DNA of 62,877 nucleotides, counting the filler, from Basidiobolus ranarum (Eukaryota): assembly GCA_040143965.1 (NCBI GenBank). It is 9 parts of 9 records of this genome, joined end to end, with 100 filler letters (N's around TTAATTAATTAA, not from the genome) between each part and the next. Parts side by side here need not be neighbours in the genome. Positions count along the whole stretch, not along the records: positions 35,042 to 41,932 come from JASJQH010001221.1; positions 42,033 to 48,919 come from JASJQH010001222.1; 7 more parts are not named here. The stretch is one strand, 5' to 3'. Under the pieces are notes generated by a model. It was not told the origin of the DNA, searched no databases, and was given only the letters and a program-made list of their open reading frames with translations. The stretch's first letter is position 1; each line of letters opens with the position of its first letter. Made by a program: the position numbers and the translations under genes. Shown one piece after another: positions 36,283 through 48,919 of the stretch.

Positions 36283-37938
36283 CTAGTCATCCATCTCCGG
36301 AAAAGAGCTAAAGGATGTTACTGCTCTGGTCAAAGCTTTCCAACATGCCTCGGCGCGAGTCAAGAAGCCATAGTAGGCCACTAACTCTGGGACTCTGTCC
36401 GTATTGCCTCTTAACTGTTCAAGCACTTTGTCCAACTCGGATGAGACTTCTTGATGAGCACACTCCAAGAGTTCTCTCATGTCATCCCATTGACCATAGC
36501 ACTTGTGCATTTTAGAGCTACGATCAAGCAGCATCTCAGAAGAGCGACGCATTACTATCAGCATCAAACGGGAGAACTCGTACATGGTTCTACTAGAGTA
36601 GGCTGACATCACCCTATCGTCAATCCCATCTATGGTAGCACTTTCAACGGAATCTCTATCGTCATTAATGTGTGCAGATGTGAGTCCAGTAATAGGAACA
36701 AGGTATGTTAAAGACATGAAAGGATAAACCATCTCTTGCATATGCTGAATAGCTGATCGGTAACGTCGTGCACGCTCGAGGTCACGACCATGCCTATTGC
36801 GCAAAAAATGCAGCGGGACTTGGATTAGATACTCGTTGGATGCGATATCAATACGTGTCAATTGTTTGGTTAATTTGGTGATGATCTCAGAGGCGCAGTC
36901 ACGAGCTTCATCCAAAGACATAATTGGAACATGAACATTAGGGGATTTCATTTGCACTGGTTGAACAGATAAAGTACGGTGAATAGATAATCTTCTTCCA
37001 ACTCCAGCCATTATACCTCCTTGAGTAGGAAGAGTACCATTACTATAAAACTCCTCTGCAACGCCAGAGATGGAGGAATACATCTTGGTGATATCACCCA
37101 TGATATTACCAAGGTTTTCCCGCAATGCATGGCTGGCTTTTTGTGGAAAAACGAGAGAAGAGAATAACATGCCAATTAAAACTCCAGAGAGTACGCATGC
37201 AATACGTCGGAACCCAATAGCTACCACGTCATTCTTGTTGTTAATGAGATCTTCATAGCCTGCTAACATGACTACCTGCATGGTGATAGGGCCGATGCTG
37301 CCTATATACCCAGCACGAGGCACTTTCTTCTTGATATATACAAATATATAAGTGAAGATAAATAAGGAGATGGCGAGGAACATAGGAGCCAGCCAGGATT
37401 TTACAGAATTGGGAAACTCTCGGGCTATGAAGATCAGAAGTATTGAAAACAATCCGCTCACCACGGTTCCTATAGCGCGAAGAAGTCCCTGTTGCAGCGA
37501 AGCACCGAAGCTTTCCTGTAAGACAACAACAATGGTGATTCCTACCCAGTTGGAGCCATGAATGTAGAGAGCAGGGACGAATGTGGCTAGCGATGCGATT
37601 AGTACTGCGCTGGATACTTGAAAGGCATACTGATTTGCTACGGACACTCTAGAGGAGAAATCGGCGAAGAAATCCTTGAGCTGGGAAAAGTGACTGCGTT
37701 CAGGTTGAGCTTGTTCCAACGACTGGGTGGCCAATCCACTCTTTTCATAGGAGGTTCTCTGCAGGGGAGAATTGATGATGACATGCTTAGGTTTGGGTGG
37801 ACTATTGGTTGATTGATCAATGTACGAAGTGGGATCAGAGCCCATTTCAAATACGGTCTCGGTAGGTGAATTTTCTGCACTCTCGTGAGTGAATGCCTCA
37901 GGCGGTATTGTAATAGAAAGATTGAGATTGTTGCTCAT
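36283..37938 (-). CDS. ALMT/FUSC (ArAE superfamily) membrane transporter or anion channel, intronless
   Basis: WVGITIVVVLQESFGASLQQGLLRAIGTVVSG; ~6 TM helices; RRIACVLSGVLIGMLFSSLVFPQKASHALRENL; helical cytosolic C-terminal domain. Confidence 0.82.
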   Translation of the reverse strand: MSNNLNLSITIPPEAFTHESAENSPTETVFEMGSDPTSYIDQSTNSPPKPKHVIINSPLQRTSYEKSGLATQSLEQAQPERSHFSQLKDFFADFSSRVSVANQYAFQVSSAVLIASLATFVPALYIHGSNWVGITIVVVLQESFGASLQQGLLRAIGTVVSGLFSILLIFIAREFPNSVKSWLAPMFLAISLFIFTYIFVYIKKKVPRAGYIGSIGPITMQVVMLAGYEDLINNKNDVVAIGFRRIACVLSGVLIGMLFSSLVFPQKASHALRENLGNIMGDITKMYSSISGVAEEFYSNGTLPTQGGIMAGVGRRLSIHRTLSVQPVQMKSPNVHVPIMSLDEARDCASEIITKLTKQLTRIDIASNEYLIQVPLHFLRNRHGRDLERARRYRSAIQHMQEMVYPFMSLTYLVPITGLTSAHINDDRDSVESATIDGIDDRVMSAYSSRTMYEFSRLMLIVMRRSSEMLLDRSSKMHKCYGQWDDMRELLECAHQEVSSELDKVLEQLRGNTDRVPELVAYYGFLTRAEACWKALTRAVTSFSSFPEMDD

Positions 37939-39739
37939 ATTGTATCTGAGAAATGTGTATTCAGTACGTGAGTTTGGTGCAGATGGTCGACTTAAATACT
38001 TGTTTGGCTGACGATGGGCATCATCGGAGCTGCCCTCACACTAGGTAATTCCCCAAATCCAGGCCTTTAATTGGCATATTCCAGAATGGGTAGACTACTT
38101 ATAGAAACTCGACGCTTGATCTAATGTTCTGTGCATGATTCCATGATTTGACCAATCCCATCGCTACGACAGGTCCAAGATCGTATTCGATGAAAGTCCA
38201 TTGCTAAACTGAACGAATTAAACTTTATTTGATTTAGGGATTGCTGCACTGGCGGCGATGAGTCCATTGGTTTTCGTTGGTAGATAAAGTGCCCTCTGTG
38301 TAGTTACCATCGAAAACATGTAGCTGACTGTAGCTGACCAATGACAATCCACCCTCAATGATACCGTACATCATACCACTCAACCAAATATAGTCTACAA
38401 ACCCATAAATTCCACTTGGATGATGTACTGCGTACGATTTGGAATCCGATTAATGATCCAGTTTGGTTCCATCGATTGTGTCAAGCAGAAAGGGTCTCTT
38501 ATGATCACTAGGAGGCTCTACGCATTGGTTGTTTATAGCTGAGCCTTGTACTGGAGATCCATAGTTTATGATTGAGAAGATGACATTGACAGCCTCGCTT
38601 TGGACTCAAACGATCGAGCTTTTTATCATTCTAAAAATAGCATTTTTGGAGACGGCGAAACTTAGAACTTAAGCGTATTCCAAAACATCACGTGGTTACC
38701 GGCGCTGACAAGCTTTGGGGATTAAATCGCGTAGGTGATTTAGGCCAGGAGTCTTTACCCGTTATGGAGACATCAAGCTTATCTATCATATCATGCATTA
38801 TGATATCCTGTTGATCGATTTTATCTGCTCTTGCCCGTTGGACCAAACAGTTTGTGTATTTCAACAGGGCTAACATGGCCTAAGGCCAGTCTTGGCCGCC
38901 ATTTCGCGCTTATTTGAGTCAAAGACAATGGGCAGAATACCAAAACTGCAGGAGCATTAAGGGATTTTCGCTATCTTATGTAAGTGGCAAACTACCAACT
39001 GGGTATGTGTACTAATGGACATGACATAGAGGATATCGAAACAGATGTTGAATGCCATCAATATCTACTAGCCTAGTATATTTAGTCTCGGCCAATCTCT
39101 ATTTTTGGATGCTGACGATTGACCGCGATAATGAAAGTGGCAGAGTGGCATTACCATTGATACCCCTCGTGATGAAATTCAAAAGCTAATAAGATTTTAC
39201 CAAAGTCACACTCCAAGAGGTAAAAAGAGTAAATGGTACGTATACTCTGTTAGGTTAGTTCAATCAGGTGATGCTTTATTCTCAGTCCTTGGCAGTCATC
39301 TTCGAATAATATTATGGTTGTCGGTAAGGGGTGCTATTAGCCAAGTTCGCAGGTCCAGTTGCAAGCATGTAGGAGCAACTTCGTAACAAACATACAAGGT
39401 TTGTCATGTAATTGAAGTTATTGTCGTTTCAATCGCTGGTGTCGCCGTCAAGTTGTTATTGCGTGATTCTGTTGCATTACCAAGTTAGTATGGAGTTGAG
39501 TCATCAGTTTATTATGATGTTTATTTCCATGGCTTATCTATCACTAGTACTACACTACTTTCGGTTAGTGCTGGATCATCAGGCAATATTGATTTTTGAA
39601 TGCTCAACGCCGCTGCTACATCTAGACATCACGTGTTGCTGCCTGGCAAGTTATATCTATCATAGACCAAGGTTAGAGTTTATCATCTCACCCAGCAAAA
39701 TCCAAAAGTGATTTAGCAATCCTCCTACATGTGCCTTAG

Positions 39740-41063
39740 TTTTGAGGAGACAGATCTCCACGTTGTCATTCGGATTCCATGGAAACGTCCACCTACTTTC
39801 AAACACTCTTCGCAGGTATACCTCAGTAATGTGGCCCGTTTTTAAAAATATATTTTGTTGCAGCTACTTTTTTCATAAGATAATAATACCTCTACAATGT
39901 AGGTTATAAAAAGTGAAAAGATGGACCGTGAACTTTGGAGCATTCTTAGTAGGCAAAAAGGGGAAGCGATTAATTGTAGGTACCTTATTTTTTGAAGTTC
40001 CACGACTTTTCTAACCTTCTTATATCTTCAAGGGGAAGCACTTTCAAGAGAATTCAATGTTACAGTACCGCAATTACTTCGCCAGTCTGCTGCATTATAC
40101 GAAGCAAAATTACAAGAACTCCAGACACAAATGCGAAAACACGGCAATAACCTCACCAATTTGAAGATTCTTACCAACAATACCGAGTTGAATGATATCG
40201 AGGCAAGCTTTGACCCTTTGCAAGGTAGTAACCGACCCCCTGAAAACGCTTTCTATATATATATATCCTAACGGGAGATATTGACACACTTATTTTCAGA
40301 TGAAAGAAACCTGGCCGCTATTCAAAAATCTTATTACGATGCACTTAAATTCGAGAATACGGATCCAACAATTGAAATGACATCATCTCACGAGTTAGAA
40401 ACTTTCATCAAGTCTATACCTCCTGAGAGTTGCCTTGTCAGACTTCAAACCAACTACGACGTAGATCGAGTGCCAGTTTTCGGTTTGAAGCAGAAAAATC
40501 GAGAAATAATCAAATACGAAAGTGAATCGGAATATCATTCCATAGACGAGGATGAGGAGATTAGTGACGAACTATTGAATGAAAGATTGGCTGGACTTCA
40601 GATTGGAATGCCATCTGATCCTCAAGGGATAGTCAACAACCTACCCTTGAAAGAGGATGCAACACCTGAGCAAGAACCAGGAAGACTCCTGGATCCAGGT
40701 ATAGCAGAACATTTGCTGGTCTGATTAAATGAAAGACCGCTAACTAACATGAATTTGCTTTAATCAAGAGCCGGAAAACGCCTATCTTTCCGAGGATTCT
40801 TCCTTTAGTGATCTCTCAGGTACTTGGTTCTTTAGACATTTGAGGTATTCTACTACACTGGTAATCTAACGGATATTTTAGATTCTTCAGTTACTCAATC
40901 AGCTTTGGAGGATGCCTACTTATCCAAATTTAACCCATTGAATCTGTAAGATTTTTACAGAAGTAGGACATCAACATTGAAAATATCCACTAACTAGACT
41001 TTCGCCATCTGCAGGTCCATGGTTTCCAAAAAGAGTCAATTCCTTAGCTCTCTACTCAAGTGA
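39740..41063 (+). CDS. ATG29: Autophagy protein Atg29-like (multi-exon; start exon not resolved)
   Basis: LHVVIRIPWKRP...|...MDRELWSILSRQKGEAIN|.EALSREFNVTVPQLLRQSAALYEAKLQEL (Atg29 N domain) and C-terminal DSSFSDLS|DSSVTQSALEDAYLS. Confidence 0.8.
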
Positions 41064-41579
41064 ATCCTGTGATTATGCTCCTTATTACCAAGCTGTGGAA
41101 ACGCAGACAGATTCCAAGTGACTTTTGTTTGATTTCAATGACTTTCTAGCTACAGTCATATCTCGACTTGAGCAGGATGACAATTCGATGAGGAGCATGT
41201 TCGGTCATTTTGTCACTATTGCTATCCAAGCAAAGCTGACCACAGTCTACTGAACTGCGCTGCTTGATCCTTGTCTCCTATTGATCAAGTGTGGTGATGG
41301 CTATTGCGTATTGAGTGAAAATAGCAATTTGAAATAAAGCTCACTCACCGCAGTCATTTGATGAAGGTGCCTGACCACTATTAGTATTTCATTGCTTTGA
41401 GCAACCTCCAAGAAATATTGGTACTATCAACTTGCACTAATAGACTTGAGCTCATTACTGATTAATAATTCGAAGTTCAAGTTCATAAAGTAGGTTATTT
41501 GTATTTATGAACTTGCACTCACAACACTGATTTTGTTCAAAATAGTGTTGTTTACTTGGTTAGTTATCAAGTTATCAAC

Positions 41580-41932
41580 TGTTAAAATTAACATAGCTTA
41601 AACATCTATATAGTCATTGTTAAAGTATTTGGGAGCCTGTTGGAAGTGGTTTGGAGAACTAGAGAAATTGGTGGTTTTCACTTGTTGATTTATTGAGTAG
41701 AAAGTTGACATTTATACTTTTGTCAAGTTGTAAAAAAAATAACATGTAGAATATGCTAAGGAAGATCCCAGGAACATGTGTGCAAAGTTTGGGGCTTCTT
41801 TGAAAAATCTATATATCTAAGTGTTAAAGTATTTGGGAGCCTGTTGGAAGTGGTTTGGAGAATTAGAGAAATTGGTGGTTTTCACTTGTTGATTTATTGA
41901 GTAGAAAGTTGACATTTATACTTTTGTCAAGA
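41580..41932 (-). repeat. Nested LTR family-B fragments (+ start at 41580; minus-strand ends at 41618 and 41822)
   Basis: TGTTAAAGTATTTGGGAGCCTGTTGGAAGTGG occurs twice, 204 bp apart, directly after the first ~38 bp of a plus-strand LTR-B. Confidence 0.8.
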
Positions 41933-42299
41933 NNNNNNNNNNNNNNNNNNNNNNNNNNNNNNNNNNNNNNNNNNNNTTAATTAATTAANNNNNNNNNNNN
42001 NNNNNNNNNNNNNNNNNNNNNNNNNNNNNNNNTAGAGCGACAGGCTTTAGGGGGAGGGGGGAAGCACAGGGGGGGGGGAATATCCCCCCTTTCGGGGGGC
42101 AAAAAGTACTTGGCTTATTGACATCCAACGAGGTTTCAAAGGATCCGAAAACCTGTCATTGGTCTGTTGTCAGAATATCTACATGTATCAACAATGCCTT
42201 CCTTAGAGCCGTTCCATGGCACTCTCCTTCTAATGATATTATTGCTGTATCTCGAAATAGAACGTGGTTTCCAAGTGTGCTTCCTAAAGGAGGGTATGG

Positions 42300-43221
42300 C
42301 CAACTGGAACCTAAGTATTCAAGAGAGGAATACTGAGAAGTTCCGAAAAGTGCCAGGCTCACAGCAACTGGGATATTACCATCCTCATTGGAAATCTCGG
42401 ATGTTCAAACGGCGTTAAACAGCCACGGTTTCGCGTTGATTAAGCTAACAGAACCTAATCCTGAGAGTCGTTATGTTCTATCAGTAGCTGAAACCATTGT
42501 GGACCCCATAGAACACACTTCAACTCATGATCCTCTGTGGGATATTAAGCCCATGGTGGGAGGACTAGCTCAATCGCAGACGGACAAAGAGTTTGAGTGG
42601 CATACGATAAGTAATGAGGGTGTGAATACAAGATTATATTAACGTGAAACTAAACCCAGGTCCATTTTCATTATATAGGACTGCTCTTATGTGCAAGACC
42701 CACCATGATAATTTGGGTTGCATGTTCTTCAGGCTGATAAGATGGGAGGAGATGCCTTACAATTACTACGCGTTTCCACATTATTGGAATCTTTGTTGGC
42801 ATCTGTGTTGGCTACTTTATCTTGGAATGATGCGTTTCGTATAAAGTTCTATAGTGGTACCTCCAACATCATCACATCACTACTAAGTTCGGATATTGAT
42901 GAAGGGTATCTGATGCGATTTCGGAGGGATATCATTGAGCTGTTAGATCCAGAAGCTAGAGAGGCTTTATAACAACTTGAGTTAGCTTTAATTCGTGCTG
43001 AAGAAGATGATCTCGTACACTCATTAGCTAGTGAGATCATGAATGATTTCATGGTTTTGATTGTAGATAGCTCCAAGTGGCTGCACTCACGTACTGGGGT
43101 GAAGGATCAAACCCGTTGGTTGCGGCGAGTAAGGTTTCAATCAAAAACCAATCTAATGCATATATTACAGACGGTCATTGGAAATACTGCTTACATAAAA
43201 GCAAGAGAATATATGTGGTAA
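42300..43221 (+). pseudogene. TauD/TfdA-family Fe(II)/2-oxoglutarate dioxygenase pseudogene
   Basis: EFEWHT|DCSY (HxD), LHVLQADKMGG, RFRRDII, IVDSSKWLHSRTGVKDQTRWLRRVRF. In-frame stops at 42706-42711 and 42970-42972; the intron donor at 42607 reads ATAAGT instead of GTAAGT. Confidence 0.82.
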
Positions 43222-45068
43222 AATAACAATTCTAGATAACTGTGGCGGCCGATCCTTCCAAATAAATTAGTAAAGCATGCCACCCATGTCGATGCTATAC
43301 CAACAGGATAGAATACACTAGTTTTAAGGCGATGTCAATTCTGGATTTATATACCACTCATGTTTGATTTTCACACTGCAAACTGTTGCGGAAAAGATTA
43401 GGTGACAGGTGGCATACTCGATACAGAGCAATTATAATTACTTCATGTAGGATATCAAGCACACGTAATTGGATTATATCTTTTACGTTTCGAATAAAGC
43501 TAGAGTTTGTATCTTCACTGACTTTTCATTGAACAAAAGACATTATCAGCGGACTAATACTATTGTTTATCAATATTGGGACTTGGATGAAGATTCCGAT
43601 AGATGAGTTCGATCTGAGACCATGCACTCCTGATAAATCCACATTCACACTGACGACGACATACATGCACTGTTTCAATATTGGCTCGTATCACTTCCAA
43701 TAATAGTGTTTACTAATTTCTGGGGAGGATATACATTTGGAATTAGCTGATAATTCAGTGTGCTACCTTCGAGTCATATCTGAATTCCCCAATAATCCGT
43801 TGAAAATCCATACGCTTGTCCCTATCAGTACTTGTCACTATCTTCCTAATCCTAGTCAACGATTGGTCGGGACAACCACTGCAGAACAAGAAAGCTATAT
43901 CATGAGCAGTGCAGGCACTGATAATAAGAGAAATTGCCAGAACTAAGCATAACTACTTGGAACTCTGTGAGAAAGGGGAGTCAGAACATCGGTTAAAGTT
44001 GAATAGAAATTTGTTGGCTCCTTTGGCACCACCCAGAAACATTGAAAAGCTATTCAGCCTACGCGATAGATGCTATTTTGTATACAATCAGTAGTGCGCG
44101 AAAGAGTAATAGGGATTATTTGGACAATAAATGAAAATTTAAAGAATCATTGAGGAAATGGCAGACCTACAGAGACGAAAATTGACGAGAAAGTGTATGG
44201 CGCTAGTGGGAAAGTTAGCTTTACTTCGGGTGTAGCAGAGGTATTTTCTGCTTGAGAAGCAACTATGACCATTTACCTCCGTATACTTCGCAGGGAATAA
44301 CCGGGTCAAGCCAAAGATGATGGCATAGTCGTCATCGGTAAGCCTTAACCATGATTAAGTGTGCATATGGTTTCATCTTGCAAATACATCTAATCATGGA
44401 ACTCGATTTTCACCTATAATAAAGGCCGCGGGCGTTTGTAGCAATATCTCATGCTCCTAATACTTTTGCTGTTTTAACGTACTAGTAGGGCCATCGGCCC
44501 TATAGGGACTAAGATACGCTTAAAAAGAATGGGATATCTTGGAAGCTTACTGAAAATATTCCCTTGAGGTTGCTAGCCACGTATCAATCAATCTTTCATC
44601 AGATTCTTCAACAGTGTGCTTACTTAATCGTGAGTTGGGTAACACAACTTCCTCGGTTTGATGCAGATGGTCCAAAAACTCGGCTCGATAATGTGTCAAA
44701 ATTTGGTGGCCAAAGAAAGGAAAAAAACCGAAATATCACAGTTCCCAATAATATAAAATGTAACTAATATTTGATAGATGTATTGTTAGTGAAAGTTACA
44801 TTCTTAGGTTATTTTTTGACCCAAGCGATAAGTCATCTGAGGCGCTCTATCAGAGCAAATTGATGGGTTCGTACGCAGAAATGTGAAGTAAAGTTTTAGA
44901 ATGGTTATCCCATATAGTGATGGACTTCACCTGTTAAATTATCCAGGACATATACGGCTAATAACGCATTAGATATTTAGGTATACAAACTGTCATCTTT
45001 TGATGTTTTTGGTTTTAAAGTTATCAATAAAACATGCTTCATATACCTAATAATGCGAACTTTTTAAT

Positions 45069-45443
45069 CTAACTATTATTTTCTCTTCTTAAAAAAAACA
45101 ATTGTGTTGTATCTTTTCTAACAAAAATCAATACCAATCTTTTAAAAAACATCACAAAATAGCAAGTTTTATACCCTATTGGAAAATCCATCCATATTGC
45201 CAATTGATAATTATAACTCTCACACTTGTTTGCGTAACAGCTATCTATGAACTTTTCCAGCCAAACATTGTCCATAGCACAAGTAGTTGGACCAGTGGCG
45301 GACTTACCTTCAGCACTGCCACAGCATTTCTTTATAAAATGATTATCATCAGTTCTATAGTAGTCTTGACAATGAACCTTAATTGCGTTAACTAAGGTCA
45401 ATGACACCATCAACAAACAAATAACCAAAATATAAGTCGATTT
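45069..45443 (-). CDS. Small cysteine-rich secreted-type ORF, no in-frame ATG upstream of the signal peptide (possible pseudogene)
   Basis: KSTYILVICLLMVSLTLVNA followed by a C-x14-CC-x13-C-x13-C-x4-C core. Confidence 0.45.
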   Translation of the reverse strand, partial: KSTYILVICLLMVSLTLVNAIKVHCQDYYRTDDNHFIKKCCGSAEGKSATGPTTCAMDNVWLEKFIDSCYANKCESYNYQLAIWMDFPIGYKTCYFVMFFKRLVLIFVRKDTTQLFFLRRENNS

Positions 45444-45644
45444 GTTGATAAAATATTAATAAATCAGAGATTCGATCTTTGTTGTAGATGTCATATTTCT
45501 ATCTTTAAAAAAACTTGAAATTTATACTTATTTAACTTTGTTTATGCAATATTTCAATGTAATGCTTAATGTTAGTATTAACCCAGGAAACAATTTGATG
45601 AATCTGGTATTGTTGCTCTGGAAACCCTTCAGACTAAGTTGAGT

Positions 45645-45916
45645 CCTATTAAGTAGAAATTTAACATTTATAGTTTTGCTATGAGGTAGGCAAACAAGCA
45701 TGTAGAATTTGTTAAGGAAGGTCCCAGCCGCGTAAGTTTAAGATTTGATGCTTCTAGGACATAAGAAATCTATATATCTCAGAACTTCTGAGTTGGTAAA
45801 AATATTCCAAATAAAGTGCAATTAAGAATAATGGGTGTTATTTTAGTGAAATATGAAATAGCTAAATACCAAGACATATATGACTGTATGAATGTTTGAG
45901 CTATGTTAATTACAGC
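45645..45916 (-). repeat. Old partial LTR family-B copy
   Basis: Diverged similarity to 46950-47219. Confidence 0.6.
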
Positions 45917-46872
45917 AGCTCCCACATCAAATATACTATTCCCTATGAATAATATGGGGATGAATACCATGGTAATACCAGAGAAGATATAAGCTGAGGC
46001 CTAGAAATACCAGCAGAAAACAGAGGAAAATTCAGAAGTTGAACTTACCATGAGAGTATTAGTGTAATACCTTGAAAATATCACTGAGAAATAGTAAAAA
46101 AATTACATAAAATACAAATTGTAATATTTCTCTTAGGGTATTTCTCCAATATTATAGAGAGCTACTTTGTATTTTCTGGAGAGTACATATGTCTAGCTCT
46201 ATATACATACTGAAAGGAGTATAGGTTATACCGTTCTTGTTCAACTAGCCAATATTTTTGCTTAGGCTACTCTAGATCAAATTCATGGTATGAATTTCTA
46301 AAAAGCAATGACATTTCATATTGAGTATATTGCATTAAAGATTAATTGTGAGCATAGCACACTAGTAGGCTAATGCTTCATCTTGTGTATCATTCAGTTG
46401 TACTTATTTTCTAATTGAGTGTTTTATTGGACTATTACTGATCCAGCCAATACCCTAGATAGTCTTGCCTTTCAAGTAACAATCAGGTTGTCTTTAGTTG
46501 ACAAAACTTGATCACGCCATTGTTGCAGAATATTTACTGCTGTGTAACAGATCAGCAACTGATTTCCTAATCAAATTATTCATCAATCACCTACTGCCTC
46601 TCTTTGATAAGTAAAGTGTAAGGAAAGATAATCAAACCTTTTGGTTCAATTTGTATTTCAGCAGAAGTAAAATCCTTATCAATATCTTTCAGCCTGTTAC
46701 CAGACTTTATGCTTGGTTGCGGAAGTTATGGGAAATGCAATTTTTCCATCAAGCTTCTCAGCAGTAGAATACTTAGATGTGGTGGTAGATATATAGGGCC
46801 TGCTGCATTGGTGAAAATATCAGGCTCCAAATCCATCAGATAAATGTAGGCTTTGTGAATGAAGATACTTAT

Positions 46873-47219
46873 TGTTAAAGCATTTGGGAGCCTGTTGGAA
46901 GTGGTTTGGAGAACTAGAGAAATTGGTGGTTTTTGCTTGTTGCTTTATTGGGTAGAAAATTGACATTTATAGTTTCATCAGGATGTAAACAAGCTAACAT
47001 GTAGAATATGTTAAGGAAGGTCCCAGAAACATGTGTGCAAAGCTTGGGGCTTCTAGCACAGGTTTGAAAATCCATATATCGGAGAACTTCTAAGTTGGTA
47101 AAAATATTTGAAGTAAATTCCAATTGAGAATAGTTGATAATATCTTGGTGAACTATAAGATAACTAAACACTAAGCTATATATGACTATATAGGTGTTTA
47201 GGCAATGCTAACTTCAACA
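46873..47219 (-). repeat. Solo LTR family B with 5-bp TSD CTTAT
   Basis: TGTT...AACA termini; CTTAT at 46868-46872 and 47220-47224. Confidence 0.93.
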
Positions 47220-47405
47220 CTTATAAGGCTGGTTATCAAGTCTTATCTAATTAAGTAATGCAAGTTGAAAGACCAGCAACATATTGGCTAAAAGTTCACT
47301 TGATCCTGATTTGCTGTTGGAATCCCATTAAAATATTGGAGGAAGATGGATTTCTGTTGGATAATCTTGACATAATGGCAGGGGTAGGCATTGTATAATA
47401 GAGGC

Positions 47406-47753
47406 TATTAAAGTACTTGGGACTCTGTTGAAAGTGGATTGGAAAATTAGAGACATGGGTGGTCTTCACTTGTTGATTTAGTGAGTAGAAAGTTGATATT
47501 TGTAGTTTTGTCAAGTTGTAGACAAACTAACAAGTAGAATGTGCCTGGCAAGGTCTCACAAACATGTGTGCAAAGTTTGGGGCTTCTAGCACAAGTTTGA
47601 TAAATCTATATATCTGAGAACTTCTAAGTTGGTGTCAATATTCTAGGTAAATTCCTCATGAGAATAATGAGTAATATCTTAGTGAAGTATAACATAACTA
47701 AGTACCAAGCTAAATATGACTATATAGGTGTTTAGGCAATGCTAACTTCTACA
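47406..47753 (-). repeat. Solo LTR family B with 5-bp TSD GAGGC
   Basis: GAGGC at 47401-47405 and 47754-47758; termini slightly mutated (TATT...TACA). Confidence 0.9.
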
Positions 47754-47922
47754 GAGGCACCTTATGATAGTGTCATAGTTACTTTACTCTTAAGAGAATA
47801 TGGTGACTTATGTAGTAAAGTAGTAAGTCAATTGTCTGAGATATTCAGTCCTCCAACACTAAATCCTTCACCAAACCACATTTCTGAATCTCCATAGACT
47901 TGTTGCTAGTAAGACTGTTAAT

Positions 47923-48220
47923 TGTTGTAATTAGCATTGGCAAAGCACCTATATAGTCATAAATAGCTTGGTATGTAGTTTCCATTATTTCACCAAGATA
48001 TCTCTGACTATTTTCAGTTGGAATTTAATTAGAAGTTCTGACATATATAGATTTTTCAAAGAAGCCCCAAACTTTGCACAGATATTCCTGGGACCTTCCT
48101 TAGCACACTCTACATGTTTGTTTGCTTACCTCTAGACAAAACTATAAATGTCAACTTCATACTCAATAAAACAATGAGTGAAAACCACCAATTTCTCTAG
48201 TTCTCAAACCACTTCCAACA
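47923..48220 (+). repeat. Solo LTR family B, short-end variant, near-TSD TTAAT/TTAGT
   Basis: TGTTG start; ends CACTTCCAACA without the 20-bp extension seen in other copies. Confidence 0.8.
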
Positions 48221-48779
48221 TTAGTCGTGTATTCATTGTTTAATCTCTGTATTTTATATGGCAATGAATAATATCCCCAAAGTAATGGACTAACCCATCA
48301 GATAAGTTCTTCTGCAGTAGCAAACTAATGCATGCATCATTTAGATACACGTAGCAGCAATTAATATTTTGCATCTAAGGTATTCCATACTATTCCAATT
48401 AGCATTCAGTTCAACATTGATTTCAGTTTTATTTTAAAAAGTATAAAGTCTAATTCATATCAATTAGCTACCTCTCACTAACTCACAAGAACTCCATATC
48501 TTTGAGTTCCTGTCAAACACAATAAATCTTCTTAAAAACACTCAGCCTCTATTCCTGCAATTTACCACTTCCTAACATTTAAAGATCTTGCAATGGACTT
48601 GTTCTCTGTGATAGTACCAGATTGTGCTGTATATATCATATTGGATACAGTATTCTAAAATTTATGCGGCACAATTTGGCACTATCCAGCACCCTCTGGC
48701 ATGATCAATTTCTATCATATTTACACTAATATATTGATCCAAGGTTCAATAAATCCTGGCACAATGGAACAAGTCTATC

Positions 48780-48919
48780 GGTAATACCATCAGCTTTATG
48801 GTGAGTACTTTGGTAATGGATCAATGATCTATATTTGGGTGATTTCACCAAAACTTTAAGACGGGGAATCAACGGTATGTAAGCCAAATATGAACAATAT
48901 TTACCTGATTCAGTGATTG
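48780..48919 (-). mobile_element. CACTA transposase fragment
   Basis: Reverse complement matches ~17255-17395; same region as the inverted fragment at 17990-18130. Confidence 0.7.

Noticed and set aside
42706-42711. In-frame TGA as selenocysteine or readthrough in the TauD-like gene
   Set aside because: It is followed immediately by TAA, with another stop and a broken splice donor; pseudogene decay is simpler.
46200-46860. Possible very old Copia gag/RT remnants (also 48230-48780)
   Set aside because: Only isolated short motifs (e.g. EKLDG); too decayed to support a call.
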